From: an uncultured virus (IMG/VR IMGVR_UViG_3300035698_011514)
Lineage: Duplodnaviria; Heunggongvirae; Uroviricota; Caudoviricetes
DNA: 64,000 nt
IMG/VR virus record: IMGVR_UViG_3300035698_011514
Reading direction: 5' to 3' (one strand)
Made by a program: the position numbers and the translations under genes
Notes under the pieces: model-generated
Told to the model about the DNA's origin: nothing
Databases searched by the model: none
The model's input: the letters and a program-made list of their open reading frames with translations, nothing else
Shown here: piece by piece, positions 9,500 through 19,952 of the stretch
Layout of the letters: the number at the start of each line of letters is the position of its first letter
Numbering within the stretch: position 1 is the first letter of the stretch

Positions 9500-10375
9500 T
9501 CAGCGCGAGATGATCAACCGCTGCAAACCACGGGGATTCGTTGCGCCGATACCGATGTTCTCGAAGATCGAGAAACCGATGGTGCGCGCGCGGGGATCGT
9601 CGGCGGAAAGGACCGTCAGTTCTGTGCGGACGGGGATGCGTCCGAACATTTCGGGCTCTGTACAGACATAGACTGTGCCGACGGGCACGAGGCGGGAGAT
9701 GATGATCTGCGCACCCCAAAGAGTAGCCTGCAAACCCGTAGCCAAGAGGTCTGCCTGACTCTGGATGTCCAGAATCTCAGTACCGAACTTACGGATATCC
9801 GCGTAGTCCTTAGCGTTCATGAAGATGCGGGCAACGCGGAGGTCGTGCTGCTCGATCTCAGCATACGCGTCTGCCAGAATGGCGGACGTGATTGGGGCGA
9901 TCACGGGGATGTCTGGGTTAGTCTGGCCGGGAAGGCTGTCAAAACCATTCAGCGCCACAGCGTCCATGATGGCAAACGTGCGCTCATCTTCCGCCGCCTG
10001 AATCTGAGCCTTACCAAGATCCTGCGAGCGCTGGATGAGATCGAAGCGACGCTCCTTAACCTGCGTCAGAGGAATCTCGGGCAAACAAGCGATCTCAAAC
10101 AGGGGGATGATCACGCGGCGAGGCTTGATCACCGACATGATGCTTTCGCCCTCTTCGCCCACGACGTAAGCCGCGACATCTGGATCCTTGTCATAAATGG
10201 GCAGTGCGCCGTCGGGAAGATCCTCGACTAAGAAAGTCTTACGACCGACCGAGGAATAATCACGACGCTGGCGAAGAGGCTGCACCATGGATGCAGCGAG
10301 CTTCTGACGCCCCGCAGCGGTCTCGATATACTTCGAGATGATCTGCTGCTTAACTTTATTATCAATAGCTGACAT
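9500..10375 (-). CDS. major capsid protein (HK97 fold, short)
   Basis: AAGGAGA RBS; GRK..LVEDLPDGALPIYDKD, FEIA..P.I, IQAAED, IFMN..DY.DIRK, G.LWGA.I pattern; lies after protease, scaffold and decoration genes and before a terminator. Confidence 0.85.
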   Translation of the reverse strand: MSAIDNKVKQQIISKYIETAAGRQKLAASMVQPLRQRRDYSSVGRKTFLVEDLPDGALPIYDKDPDVAAYVVGEEGESIMSVIKPRRVIIPLFEIACLPEIPLTQVKERRFDLIQRSQDLGKAQIQAAEDERTFAIMDAVALNGFDSLPGQTNPDIPVIAPITSAILADAYAEIEQHDLRVARIFMNAKDYADIRKFGTEILDIQSQADLLATGLQATLWGAQIIISRLVPVGTVYVCTEPEMFGRIPVRTELTVLSADDPRARTIGFSIFENIGIGATNPRGLQRLIISR

Positions 10376-10417
10376 TTTGTTCTCCTTATATCTTTACGAA
10401 AATTTGGTGGTTAAGGC

Positions 10418-11023
10418 TCAGATACGCTGGTCGAACACAAGCTCTGCCAACACGGAGTCAGGAACGAGCTTGATGATGCCAATAGCTGTCACAGCAGTAT
10501 AACCGAGGGCCGCTTCCAGCGCGTTACCAGCGTCGGGGAGACTCGTCAGGTATCCGTTGCGCGAAGCAACCAAAGTCTGACCCACGGCGTACACAAGAGG
10601 TGCGCCAGTCTGGAGATCAAATGTTTCGTACAACTTTACCCCCATCGTGCCCTGACCAGAGACATAAGGTCCTAGACCCGAAGCTGCCGCAGGGGTGTTG
10701 AGGAAAGAATATCCAGCCGCGTCATTGATCAGAAGACCCAGAGGGCGAATCTGACCCTGAAGGGGGGTGGCTGCTAGAGGACCACCGACAAATCCGTTGC
10801 CAGCGTCAGGGCGTGTGAACACCACAGAAGCCGCCAAAACACCATTGCGGGGGCGAGGACCAATGGTCGTTGAAGCGTTAGCCAAGACGATTGGGGGGTT
10901 CGTTTGAGTAAAGGAATCTGTTGTTAAACGAGCTTCCACCGTGTTGCGGTGCCCTGCGTAGATGATGCGGAGAGCCGACTGCCCTTCCACGAAATTACCA
11001 GAAGCCTGACCTGAAATAGCCAT
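10418..11023 (-). CDS. putative head decoration/cement protein
   Basis: Gly/Ala-rich with PLGL..NDA.G and Y.VGQ.L.AS.NGYLT; located between scaffold and capsid genes. Confidence 0.6.
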   Translation of the reverse strand: MAISGQASGNFVEGQSALRIIYAGHRNTVEARLTTDSFTQTNPPIVLANASTTIGPRPRNGVLAASVVFTRPDAGNGFVGGPLAATPLQGQIRPLGLLINDAAGYSFLNTPAAASGLGPYVSGQGTMGVKLYETFDLQTGAPLVYAVGQTLVASRNGYLTSLPDAGNALEAALGYTAVTAIGIIKLVPDSVLAELVFDQRI

Positions 11024-11071
11024 AATGATCTCTCCTCTTTTTACTGGACTACACTTTACGAGAAGTTTAGC

Positions 11072-11101
11072 TAGGGGTGGGGGGCTAAATCCCCACCCCT
11101 A
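11072..11101 (-). promoter_or_regulatory. GC-rich hairpin between scaffold and decoration genes (mRNA stability or processing)
   Basis: TAGGGGTGGGG..CCCCACCCCTA with no T-tract on the minus strand. Confidence 0.45.
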
Positions 11102-11116
11102 AACTATCCAAAAAAA

Positions 11117-12394
11117 TCAGCGCGAACGGCGGTTAAACACCTTGCTGACATCAGGATCTGTTGACCACAGCTTCGAGAGAGTATCATTCTCGCTCTTGCT
11201 GTTTACAGTTGCCACGGTGACGCGACCAAGACTCTTGACGCCAGACTTCTTGGGCGAAGCCTTAGAAGCGAGCTTAGAGGTCCGGCCTGTCATCTGGGAC
11301 ATAACCATGTCCTCAGAATCTCCCATCAAGCCGGGGAGAGGATCAACCTCTGGCTCCAGCATGAGATCATCGATCATGAGGTCGTCGAAATCTGAAGCCA
11401 TGTCGCCGCCGCCATGCAGAAGATTGTGCATCTCGGAGTCGAGGTCTTCCATGGTTGCATCTTCGTGCATATCGGCATCGACTTCGTGATCCATATCGTC
11501 TTCTGCGCCCATTTCGGACAGCATAGCTTCAATATCGTCCACGTCATCTTCACCCTCTTCCGAAAGAAGGGCGCGAAGCTGGGACATGAGTTCACGAGCG
11601 GTAGAAGCCTTCTTGGACTTACGGGACTTCTTAGCCCCGACTTCCTCGTCATCTTCGTCGTCTGCAGAGCGACGGCTCTTACGAGACTTCTTAGCCTCAT
11701 CTTCCTCATCTTCGTCGTCATCTTCGTCGTCTGCAGAGCGACGGCTCTTGCGAGACTTCTTAGCCTCGACTTCCTCATCCTCATCGTCATCTTCGTCGTC
11801 TGCAGAGCGACGGCTCTTACGAGACTCGACTTCCTCATCTTCGTAGTCTGCAGAGCGACGGCTCTTGCGAGACTTCTTAGCCTCAACTTCCTCATCCTCA
11901 TCGGACTCGGCTGCGATGCGGGCGAGAGTTGCAGATAAGGAGCGCTCGGATAGGCCCATAAACTCTAGCGCCTGCGCTTGAACAATGCGATCATTGGATG
12001 CGGGGAACAAACATTCTGCGATGCGAATGCAACGCTCCGCCTTGCCCTGAAGAGCCGCGAAACGGCGCTGATTCTGAGCGGCGGTCAAGCGGCGACTCTG
12101 ATCATTAGAGCCTGCAAAAGTGTCTCTGTTATCGTAGTCACCACCGTCATTCCACATATCTGCATCCTTGTGATCCCAAGTCGTATCCAACATATCGGGA
12201 AGACCAACAGTATTGCGAGTCGTCCCAGCTGGCGGAATAGGATGCAAATCCTCTGCCCAAGACGAAGGATCGCCATTCATGTACTTTTCAACAGGAGGAT
12301 TGATCCGATCCTGATGCATTGTGTAAGGATCCGCTTGCTTGTTACGGCGAGCCGGATTTGAAGAATTGCGCTGAGTAAAGCGTGTGCGTGTCAT
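11117..12394 (-). CDS. putative capsid scaffolding/core protein
   Basis: AAAGGAG RBS; low-complexity acidic/basic repeats; located between protease and capsid genes. Confidence 0.65.
   Translation of the reverse strand: MTRTRFTQRNSSNPARRNKQADPYTMHQDRINPPVEKYMNGDPSSWAEDLHPIPPAGTTRNTVGLPDMLDTTWDHKDADMWNDGGDYDNRDTFAGSNDQSRRLTAAQNQRRFAALQGKAERCIRIAECLFPASNDRIVQAQALEFMGLSERSLSATLARIAAESDEDEEVEAKKSRKSRRSADYEDEEVESRKSRRSADDEDDDEDEEVEAKKSRKSRRSADDEDDDEDEEDEAKKSRKSRRSADDEDDEEVGAKKSRKSKKASTARELMSQLRALLSEEGEDDVDDIEAMLSEMGAEDDMDHEVDADMHEDATMEDLDSEMHNLLHGGGDMASDFDDLMIDDLMLEPEVDPLPGLMGDSEDMVMSQMTGRTSKLASKASPKKSGVKSLGRVTVATVNSKSENDTLSKLWSTDPDVSKVFNRRSR
11617..11901 (-). repeat. intragenic tandem repeat encoding ~EDEEVEAKKSRKSRRSADDEDDD
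   Basis: CTGCAGAGCGACGGCTCTT occurs four times, with units of about 48-69 bp. Confidence 0.9.
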
Positions 12395-12470
12395 TTACGA
12401 TCTCCTTTGGGCAGTTTTTACCGCAAATGTGTTTACTGCGTCTCTAACAGGGGATTTATCAAAAGATTTG

Positions 12471-13988
12471 TTAAATCTTCTTCAACATTTGCGATCTTTT
12501 GGACAAAAAGATTCCCTCACCCTTTGTTAGGGGTCTTTTGAGGTGAATTTCACATAGCTTTGCAAATTTCGCGTAAGAACCTTTTGCATCCGACTTCATT
12601 AAAAGTGCGTAATAATTCGAGTCATATGTCTTACCATCCACTCGATCGTTCGCCATCATTCCGTAGACAAGGGCTCTTTGGTTGAGTTTAAATGCTTTAC
12701 GACTTTTAAAATCAGGATTTGCAATGCGAAGTGCCGCGTGGAAAACAAGCACACGGCTTGTTCCCGACAGGGACATAGATCGGACCATCGCCGCTATTTT
12801 CTTCGCTTTAACTATATTGTCATTCGTGTTTTCTGCTTCAGGCATTGGATCTTGCTTCTTCATTGCATCGTCGCGATTCTGGTTAAGATCATCGACTAGC
12901 TCTTGCTTGATGTCATTCTTGAGACGATCTTTAATGAGCGTCTTCGACTCTTCCAGTACCTGATCCATATAAGTCTTTTCGTCTTCTGGTGGGGCTTCAG
13001 AGCCCTCTTCAGCATCCTCACCAAAGCTGAAAGCTGCGCGATTTCCAAAAGTCTTGGATAGCACGACGGTGTCTATCTTAAAACTATCCATCCAGTTGGT
13101 AGAAGGCATAGCAGACAAAGAGGGAGCTTTCTGTGTTGTGATAATGGAAGATTGGTGGATGGAAGCATCAAGACTTAAATCAGGAGGGACGTAAAGAACT
13201 GTACGGACGTGGGCACCCTCGAAAGCTGGAATCTCCACCCACGAAGCCTCGAAAAAAGTGACTGAATCTTCCACTTCTCTATGACCGCACAACTCCGCGA
13301 TCACCTGAGTCTCTCCATCTTCCGTCACAAAACTTTCCCCCTTCATGAGCCCAATATGCGAACACATGTGTTCTTCATCTGTTGCCACATTTCCGCACTG
13401 TGTACAAATAGAGAACTGAATAGAACATCCCATGCTCATGGTCTTCATGACGCCACGAATGATGTCTTTCACCAGCTGCGTGTGGACTCGATCCGTAGCC
13501 ACGAGAAGATCAATGTAGACGGTGTCTCCAAGATCACGAGACACAGCATCCAAGAGAATGCCCTTGGAAAGCTCAGGATCTTGAATATGCTCTTGGTAAT
13601 TGTACCCGCCAATAAACGTCCAGAAAGACTGTAAGAGAAGACGGCGCTCCCATGCGTCCGAATTCGAGTTAATGTATTTCTGTGTTTCTTTATTGATACG
13701 GTAATCGGACCATAGACGTGTAACGCGACGGCCTTTTTCCCAAAGATCCTCACCGAGATCCGCATCAGGAACTTCGACAGTATCCACAGAAGCGATGATC
13801 GTGCTGTGTGTGAGGACATAACGATTAGGATCAAACATGCTCAACACATCCTTGTTGGGAGTGTTGGCATAAGCCACCCGCACATTGCTAGGAGTCTTGA
13901 CAGCCTGAATGCTTCGGAAAGTATCCCATTGAGATCTCTTTACCTGACGTGTCGCTACAGGAGCGAATGCCATTCTTTTCATAGCCAT
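12471..13988 (-). CDS. prohead (capsid maturation) protease with Zn-finger insertion
   Basis: N.N.DAW, TFIG...YQEH, KG..LDA, SMGC....S.CTQCGN..C.H, ELC, FFEASWVEIPAF; start placed at ATG after GGGGTG. Confidence 0.75.
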   Translation of the reverse strand: MAMKRMAFAPVATRQVKRSQWDTFRSIQAVKTPSNVRVAYANTPNKDVLSMFDPNRYVLTHSTIIASVDTVEVPDADLGEDLWEKGRRVTRLWSDYRINKETQKYINSNSDAWERRLLLQSFWTFIGGYNYQEHIQDPELSKGILLDAVSRDLGDTVYIDLLVATDRVHTQLVKDIIRGVMKTMSMGCSIQFSICTQCGNVATDEEHMCSHIGLMKGESFVTEDGETQVIAELCGHREVEDSVTFFEASWVEIPAFEGAHVRTVLYVPPDLSLDASIHQSSIITTQKAPSLSAMPSTNWMDSFKIDTVVLSKTFGNRAAFSFGEDAEEGSEAPPEDEKTYMDQVLEESKTLIKDRLKNDIKQELVDDLNQNRDDAMKKQDPMPEAENTNDNIVKAKKIAAMVRSMSLSGTSRVLVFHAALRIANPDFKSRKAFKLNQRALVYGMMANDRVDGKTYDSNYYALLMKSDAKGSYAKFAKLCEIHLKRPLTKGEGIFLSKRSQMLKKI

Positions 13989-14004
13989 CAAAACACCCCA
14001 TCTA

Positions 14005-14661
14005 TCAATTCTTCCTGCCCGACGTGCGTGATTCAATCAAAGACTTGAGAAGTGCATCATTGGGCGAAAAGAAATCCACATCATCTTGTGTGTCAAAATC
14101 TTCATCTGTCACAGTAGGAGAAACATCTACGTCATCGGGACGTGTGCGATCCAAAATGTCAGAAGGCTTGATACAGAAGAGACATTCAGAATTCACACAA
14201 ATATAAAGTTTTGTGCGCTTCTTATAGATAGTCTTCTTCAATTCTGTATCACATTTAGGACAAAGAAACTCACCTTTTTCAATTTCTTTCTTGGTAGGCA
14301 TATACTGCCTGCCGGGGGCTACCCAATACAAAGATTCGCGTAGCATGACCTCACGAGCGATCTTCTCCGCCATAGCAATGGGGGCATCATCTAGCTCCTT
14401 GTCAGAAGATTCATAAGATGTATCTTCTAAGACCGGATCACGAGATGTCACCGTCAATTCCTCAGCGGGAAGTCGCACATTACCAAAGGGAGTCTGCAAC
14501 GCGATCATCCCTATACCGGGAAAAACGCTAGTGACGGTACCCTCCCACGGAGAAAAACGCCCATCGACTGGATTGGATGCTCGGACTCGATCCCCCACTT
14601 GAAAGGAACGAGCTACGCTTTGCCAATCAAGGTACGATATCTTTTTTTGAAACTTGGACAT
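14005..14661 (-). CDS. hypothetical protein with SH3-like N-terminus and zinc ribbon
   Basis: FQVGDRV...GTV; CPKC...C....C. Confidence 0.7.
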   Translation of the reverse strand: MSKFQKKISYLDWQSVARSFQVGDRVRASNPVDGRFSPWEGTVTSVFPGIGMIALQTPFGNVRLPAEELTVTSRDPVLEDTSYESSDKELDDAPIAMAEKIAREVMLRESLYWVAPGRQYMPTKKEIEKGEFLCPKCDTELKKTIYKKRTKLYICVNSECLFCIKPSDILDRTRPDDVDVSPTVTDEDFDTQDDVDFFSPNDALLKSLIESRTSGRKN

Positions 14662-14679
14662 GCGACTCCCCTTGGAAAA

Positions 14680-15417
14680 TCAACGACGATTCTTGCGGGC
14701 TGCCTGACGACCCCGAACAGTCTTCGCGGCCTCACGACGCCATGAAGAAGTCTTGTCTTCTTCCTTGTCTTCTTCATCCGCAAAGCGCGAAAGAGGAGCA
14801 GCACGACGAGCCTTCTTATCGTCCTCATCATCCTTCGCAAAAGGATTTTTGCCCGCCTTCTTGTCGTCCTCGTCCTCGTCCTCGTCCTCCGAGAAGAAAG
14901 AGAATCCGGCTTCTACATCACCATCTTCCTCATCATCTTCTTCCGCGAAGAACTGAAAAGAAGATTCTACGTCATCATCTTCGTCATCTTCCTCAGCGAC
15001 GAACCGGAAGGAAGCCATGACATCTTCGTCTTCATCCTCCTCGCTTGCACGACGCCTGCGCCCGGAAGCCATGCGGCGATCCGTCTCAACATAATCATGG
15101 ACATTAGCGTAATCCGATCCGTTGAAGGCATCCATGTAGGAATCTTCATCTTCATCACCTTGAAGAAACTGTGACGGCTCGCGATAAGCATCCATGTAGG
15201 AATCCCGGCTAGGACGTGAAGGCTTCAGATCCTCCTCATATGCGGGCTCCCACAAAGAAATATCTTCGCTATCCAGTACATCCCCCATCTTATCAAGAGA
15301 CAAGCAAATGTTATAAGCGGATTTCTTTGTCAGACCTAACGAAGTATAGTTAGTTTGAATATAATTAGCCACACGGTCCATTCTCTGACTGAGCTTCTTA
15401 GCCGCTTTACGATTCAT
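14680..15417 (-). CDS. acidic low-complexity protein, possible internal head/scaffold protein
   Basis: GGAG RBS; repeats DSYMDA x2 and F.F.AEEDD x3. Confidence 0.65.
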   Translation of the reverse strand: MNRKAAKKLSQRMDRVANYIQTNYTSLGLTKKSAYNICLSLDKMGDVLDSEDISLWEPAYEEDLKPSRPSRDSYMDAYREPSQFLQGDEDEDSYMDAFNGSDYANVHDYVETDRRMASGRRRRASEEDEDEDVMASFRFVAEEDDEDDDVESSFQFFAEEDDEEDGDVEAGFSFFSEDEDEDEDDKKAGKNPFAKDDEDDKKARRAAPLSRFADEEDKEEDKTSSWRREAAKTVRGRQAARKNRR

Positions 15418-15522
15418 GATATACGCTCCATTTGCACGCGCCACATCTTATTTCATGGGCGGTTTTTGACTAAACCGAGAGGATGACCCTCCCAATTCAA
15501 ATTTATTAAAGGATATTGAAAA

Positions 15523-17469
15523 TTAAATCTGATCGTCTAAGTACGCATCCCAAACAATTAGAAGACGTTGGTACGTGGGTGCATCGACCGCCGCCTGTAT
15601 CGTGCCTTCTTGATAGGTGCTTATTGCGTAGTCTAGACACATGCGGCGGCGAGAAGTCTCTTCATGCCTTGCTGCGGAAGATCCAACATACCATTTCAAA
15701 GCGATGCGTAACAGATTCAGCGCATCTGCAAAATTCAGCTCGAAAGTGTTGCGCACCTGCCAAGCTTCTCTAGGAGCCATATGAGAACGGGGATTGTCTA
15801 CGGGACCCGGAAGACCTAGGTATTTCGCAGCCACGATCCGCGATGTTTTATTGCGTTGCGATCTCACATTATACCTCTTCAATATACTAAAAAGCTGATC
15901 AAAGAAACTGCCAAAATCACCACCATATTTTGAAAGCAAACCCTTCTGCTTATCCGTCAGAGAATCACTCTCAATCTTCTTGCGAATGCTTTCAATGCGT
16001 TTTGGTGTGGGCGCGTTAAGGCCCCACTCCGCGAAGAATGCGCGACGTTTGATATCTTGACGTAGATATTCAGACAGTATCTTGCGCTGTTCAGGTCTCA
16101 AACTATGAGATCCCTCTTTAGTGTCTCCATCTACTCCTAAGACTAAACCATAAACAGGTATATCCTTGAAAGCTTCGATAATATCGGAGTCGGATAAAGC
16201 GTCAATACCTTCCAAGAATTCGTCCAGATCTTCAGGGTTAGATAAGTCGTACTCCGCAGGGTTGATCAGTGATTCTTTAGAAAGACTACGCAGGGCGCAA
16301 TCGATTGAGGTGCTTGAGGTAAAGCTCTGATTAATTAAGTGACGATCCGCTTTTTGAAGATAACTTCGAGACTTCTCTTTGAACTCCGAATCTTCTTGCA
16401 CAGACATGTTGCGCAAGAGCTTATTCATGTCCTCAAGACCTTCCATATCTTGTCGCTTCACAACAAGAATGAAATCTTCGGGACTATACTTATCCATGTA
16501 TTCGCGCATTTCTTTAGCATTCGTGATCACAGGAGCTTCCGCGATCTGTGTTTCCCGCTTGGATATTTCGATCTGCATAGACTCCATGATTTTGCTGGAG
16601 TCTTCAGCACTCAAATTCGGTGTAGAAGCATCTTCGTCTATATCTGCATAATTCAAAAACGCGAACACACTAGGTAGGGACGCGCGCGCTTGCGCGAGCT
16701 GGCCAGAATCCATCTGGGCATAGTGTTCCTTGAGAAGATCCATCGGAGGCTTTGTAGAGGGCTCTCCGAGCCATTCCACGAGCCCCGGTGGTAAGGAAGA
16801 AGACATCTGCTGAAGACCTCTGATGTTCTCCAGAGTCTGTTCATCCATGACGTAAGAAGGTTTTTCGGAATCTTCCTTCTTGCGCTTTTGGATCTTCATC
16901 TCACGCTGTCTCTTACTATTTGTCTCAGCGTCCTTATCTTCTATTTCTTCGGCGTATTCTTCGGCTTCTGATAATTTCTTAAAAGTCTTAGCCTCTCCCT
17001 CTCGTGTAAAGACAAGAAAATTGTTGCGCTTGGCTGTGGGAGGGAAAACCTTGAAGGGTGTCTTTCTTTTCTCGTCTTTTTCTGTCCGGCGATCCTGAGC
17101 CTTCTGTCTCTTGGCTTCTTCAGCATCCTCAGCGGCCTTTCGATCTTTGGATACCCATTCTTCAGCCTCATCTTCAGTATCAAAATAGTGAGGATCGAGA
17201 TCATTATCATATACAAGATAGCTGGCTCTATTTTCATTCGGGTTGACTATGACCCAAGGGCGTGATTTGGCAGACCCACCTACATCTTTGTAGTTGAGAG
17301 ATAGATCCTTGTCTTTTGAGTCCAAATCTGGGTCATCTTCTTTGATCGTGCGACGGCGGCGATCATCGCGCGGTGGTTTAGCCTTAGGTGCAGGCTTCAC
17401 ATTCCGCGTGACTTCATCTTCTTCGCGCTTCGCAAGATCCGGGATCTTGTAACTTTTACGATAAGGCAT
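15523..17469 (-). CDS. hypothetical head-module protein (~648 aa)
   Basis: Immediately downstream of the portal; charged N-terminus; duplicated (Y/F)LV......(Y/T)F....EAEE motif. Confidence 0.7.
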   Translation of the reverse strand: MPYRKSYKIPDLAKREEDEVTRNVKPAPKAKPPRDDRRRRTIKEDDPDLDSKDKDLSLNYKDVGGSAKSRPWVIVNPNENRASYLVYDNDLDPHYFDTEDEAEEWVSKDRKAAEDAEEAKRQKAQDRRTEKDEKRKTPFKVFPPTAKRNNFLVFTREGEAKTFKKLSEAEEYAEEIEDKDAETNSKRQREMKIQKRKKEDSEKPSYVMDEQTLENIRGLQQMSSSLPPGLVEWLGEPSTKPPMDLLKEHYAQMDSGQLAQARASLPSVFAFLNYADIDEDASTPNLSAEDSSKIMESMQIEISKRETQIAEAPVITNAKEMREYMDKYSPEDFILVVKRQDMEGLEDMNKLLRNMSVQEDSEFKEKSRSYLQKADRHLINQSFTSSTSIDCALRSLSKESLINPAEYDLSNPEDLDEFLEGIDALSDSDIIEAFKDIPVYGLVLGVDGDTKEGSHSLRPEQRKILSEYLRQDIKRRAFFAEWGLNAPTPKRIESIRKKIESDSLTDKQKGLLSKYGGDFGSFFDQLFSILKRYNVRSQRNKTSRIVAAKYLGLPGPVDNPRSHMAPREAWQVRNTFELNFADALNLLRIALKWYVGSSAARHEETSRRRMCLDYAISTYQEGTIQAAVDAPTYQRLLIVWDAYLDDQI

Positions 17470-17480
17470 TGTCCCTTCCA

Positions 17481-19235
17481 TTAGAAACGTTCATCACCGC
17501 TCTTAGGGGGAGATGGCACCAAGCCCAATTCAGCATAAATCTTCTCCGCCACGTTTGTTTCTTCCACTACCTTACGACCCACCTCCCCATACACAGCTCG
17601 CATCATGTCGTTAAACACAGGATCCTTCACAGTCAAGAGATCACGCTTCACTTTCTCCGTCACGGTCTGAGGATCGAGGTTGAACAATTCATAGATAAAA
17701 TCTACGCTTAGTGATCCCTTTGTGTACAGATTGAACATTGTATCAAAAGTATCCCTGTTATCTCTGAGAGATAGTCGAGTAAAGGAAAGAGATGGATATA
17801 GAACAATATCCTCATTGAACTCATCTTTTTCGATAAAACCTTTCTTGATAGCCACGGGACGAAACAGATATTCCTCAACCATGTTTTGCAAGCTGTCACG
17901 GTACATGCTGTACTGCGTGTTGATCACTTCAAGATTGACGCGCTCGCCTGAATAAGAAGACTCTCCCGTGAGCATAGACTCTGTGACAGACAACCCCGCG
18001 AAGAGATGGCGATCTACAATGTCATATTCCGATCCCAAATCGAGAAGACGATCACGCGCGCTGATCTCTTCCCAGTTGACTTGAAAGTTCGTCACGATGC
18101 TGTAGTCAGGATCCATAAGCGCTTGATCAACTTCATTACGCAGGTTTTCCACATCCGTTTCATCCATGTCTTCGGCATAGATCAGACGCTTAGGAGTCAT
18201 CGCGCGCGAAGAAATAGAGGTCTGTGATTGTCTCAGCTTGTCCTGATACACGAGATCCCTAAGACACCTCTCGATAATAGAGACTCCGTAAGGCTGGAAA
18301 GGGGGCTTGTTTCGTGATAGCTGATAAACGAAAGAACCCTCCATGGGATCCGTATCTAAAGGTAAATCTTTACCGTCCATGATGTACGGAATGATGTCGG
18401 CGGGCATTGAAGCTACATACTCCGCCGCGTCTTCGTCACCGTTTTCGGCGTCCATCACAAGACCGCGCGTCTTTTCATCCACGATCAATTCATACTTAGT
18501 CTTCGCCGCGAACTGATATTGTGTGACGTTGATCTGTTCAGGTGGTAAGAGTGTCAGACTCTCCCATCCCCTGTAATGCTTCTGATAAAATTCGAGCCGT
18601 CTTTTTGCCTCGTCATCCTTAGACACTCGCCGCTTTGTGATTACGGGAAGGCCCTCATCGTCCAGAGATGCAACCTCTTCGACAAACAATTCTTCTGGAA
18701 TCTCTACGTCATGATCTTCAGCAAAGATGAAGGCGTCCCCAATGACATAATACTCACGAGTGGCATCCACTAGAATCTTGAGCAGATTCGTGTGACGCAC
18801 CATCTCTTCAAAGAATTTAAGGATATAAAGGTTTTTCTTGGGGTCTTTACCCCTAGGGGAAGACAAGCGAATCTTGGATAGTGGTAGCTCGGTATGGAGG
18901 TCTACTGCACGACCCACATAAGGGTGGTAATTGTAGAAGTGTCGAAAGTATGAACGTTTTTCTGTGATGTTTTGAGGCAACTCCAGAAAGTCTGTACTGA
19001 GCTGCGGAGAATAAGTGTTCGTCGCGTAGCCCATTTGCATAGAGCCGGAATTGCCGAACGAACCGTCATAGCCCCCACCAAAACCGACGCAAACATTAGC
19101 CTTCTTGCGGATAGAAGACGCTTCCGCACCCACGCGAACCTGCGTGTTTTTTGGACGCAAAGCTGAGGCATTCCGCACTTTGTCTACGGACCCTACTACG
19201 CGCGTATCGGAAATTGCGTTCTTATTCTTAGCCAT
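17481..19235 (-). CDS. portal protein
   Basis: R.FY...P.V..AVDLH.ELP, EYYVIGDAF, LPPE, YGVSII.R..RDL.Y.DKLR; ~580 aa, close to the terminase. Confidence 0.85.
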   Translation of the reverse strand: MAKNKNAISDTRVVGSVDKVRNASALRPKNTQVRVGAEASSIRKKANVCVGFGGGYDGSFGNSGSMQMGYATNTYSPQLSTDFLELPQNITEKRSYFRHFYNYHPYVGRAVDLHTELPLSKIRLSSPRGKDPKKNLYILKFFEEMVRHTNLLKILVDATREYYVIGDAFIFAEDHDVEIPEELFVEEVASLDDEGLPVITKRRVSKDDEAKRRLEFYQKHYRGWESLTLLPPEQINVTQYQFAAKTKYELIVDEKTRGLVMDAENGDEDAAEYVASMPADIIPYIMDGKDLPLDTDPMEGSFVYQLSRNKPPFQPYGVSIIERCLRDLVYQDKLRQSQTSISSRAMTPKRLIYAEDMDETDVENLRNEVDQALMDPDYSIVTNFQVNWEEISARDRLLDLGSEYDIVDRHLFAGLSVTESMLTGESSYSGERVNLEVINTQYSMYRDSLQNMVEEYLFRPVAIKKGFIEKDEFNEDIVLYPSLSFTRLSLRDNRDTFDTMFNLYTKGSLSVDFIYELFNLDPQTVTEKVKRDLLTVKDPVFNDMMRAVYGEVGRKVVEETNVAEKIYAELGLVPSPPKSGDERF

Positions 19236-19741
19236 TAAATGTCCGCTCCATCCTCGTCTGCACTATCCTCCAAAGGATTCAAAAGAAGACGTTTCAAAGT
19301 GTGTTCTATCGTGGTCAGAGTCCCCAATCTCGACCAGAATTCGTCCATTTCTTCTAGGCGCACAGATACACGATTTATTAAAAAATCGGCGCGTTCTTTG
19401 TCTTCATTTGCCAGCTCCCCTAGCCTGCGAATATGCACTTCAAGATCTCGCAATAAAAAGCTGATATGAGCCATCTCCAAAGAGAGAAGATCAGCGCCCC
19501 CTTCTTGCTCGTACCTGCGGAGCATCAAGTCGGCGTTCCATTCACGCAAGAAAGATTGAGCTTGTGATAAAGGCTTCATGATCCGTAAGAAACTCGCAGA
19601 CCTTAGCCGTATCCTGCGAAACATTGCTTTACACTTTCGAGTCCATTCTTCACCCGAATCTTGAAAATCCATAAGATGCTTTCGCGACCTTTTGAAATCT
19701 TCTAAAAGATCTTGGAGCGCAACGCGATCACTTGGTCTCAT
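19235..19741 (-). CDS. hypothetical helical protein
   Basis: Stop/start overlaps with both neighbours. Confidence 0.6.
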   Translation of the reverse strand: MRPSDRVALQDLLEDFKRSRKHLMDFQDSGEEWTRKCKAMFRRIRLRSASFLRIMKPLSQAQSFLREWNADLMLRRYEQEGGADLLSLEMAHISFLLRDLEVHIRRLGELANEDKERADFLINRVSVRLEEMDEFWSRLGTLTTIEHTLKRLLLNPLEDSADEDGADI

Positions 19742-19952
19742 CTTTTTTGTTCTCTTGAATTTTCTTGAACGTCTTACAGACTTTCTTCAAAATTGAAACA
19801 GAAGCGGTACCACCCGCAGCGATTTCCTGCCATGATCCACCCTTATCCTCAAAGACTAAGCGCATTCGCGTGTAATCTTCCAAAGTCACATCTTCGTTGT
19901 AACCCATATCCACAAGATATGTATTGAGAATCTTCTTCCAAAAGGAATTCAT
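19728..19952 (-). CDS. hypothetical protein (74 aa)
   Basis: GGAGG RBS; ATGA overlap with the terminase stop. Confidence 0.6.
   Translation of the reverse strand: MNSFWKKILNTYLVDMGYNEDVTLEDYTRMRLVFEDKGGSWQEIAAGGTASVSILKKVCKTFKKIQENKKDETK

Noticed and set aside
5583..10375. Encapsulin nanocompartment with ferritin-like cargo
   Set aside because: The short HK97-fold gene lies in a terminase-portal-protease-scaffold operon, so it is a phage capsid; the Dps-like gene is on the opposite strand in another unit.
11142..11938. Alternative-frame ORFs over the scaffold repeats
   Set aside because: Open frames arise from the low-complexity tandem repeat.
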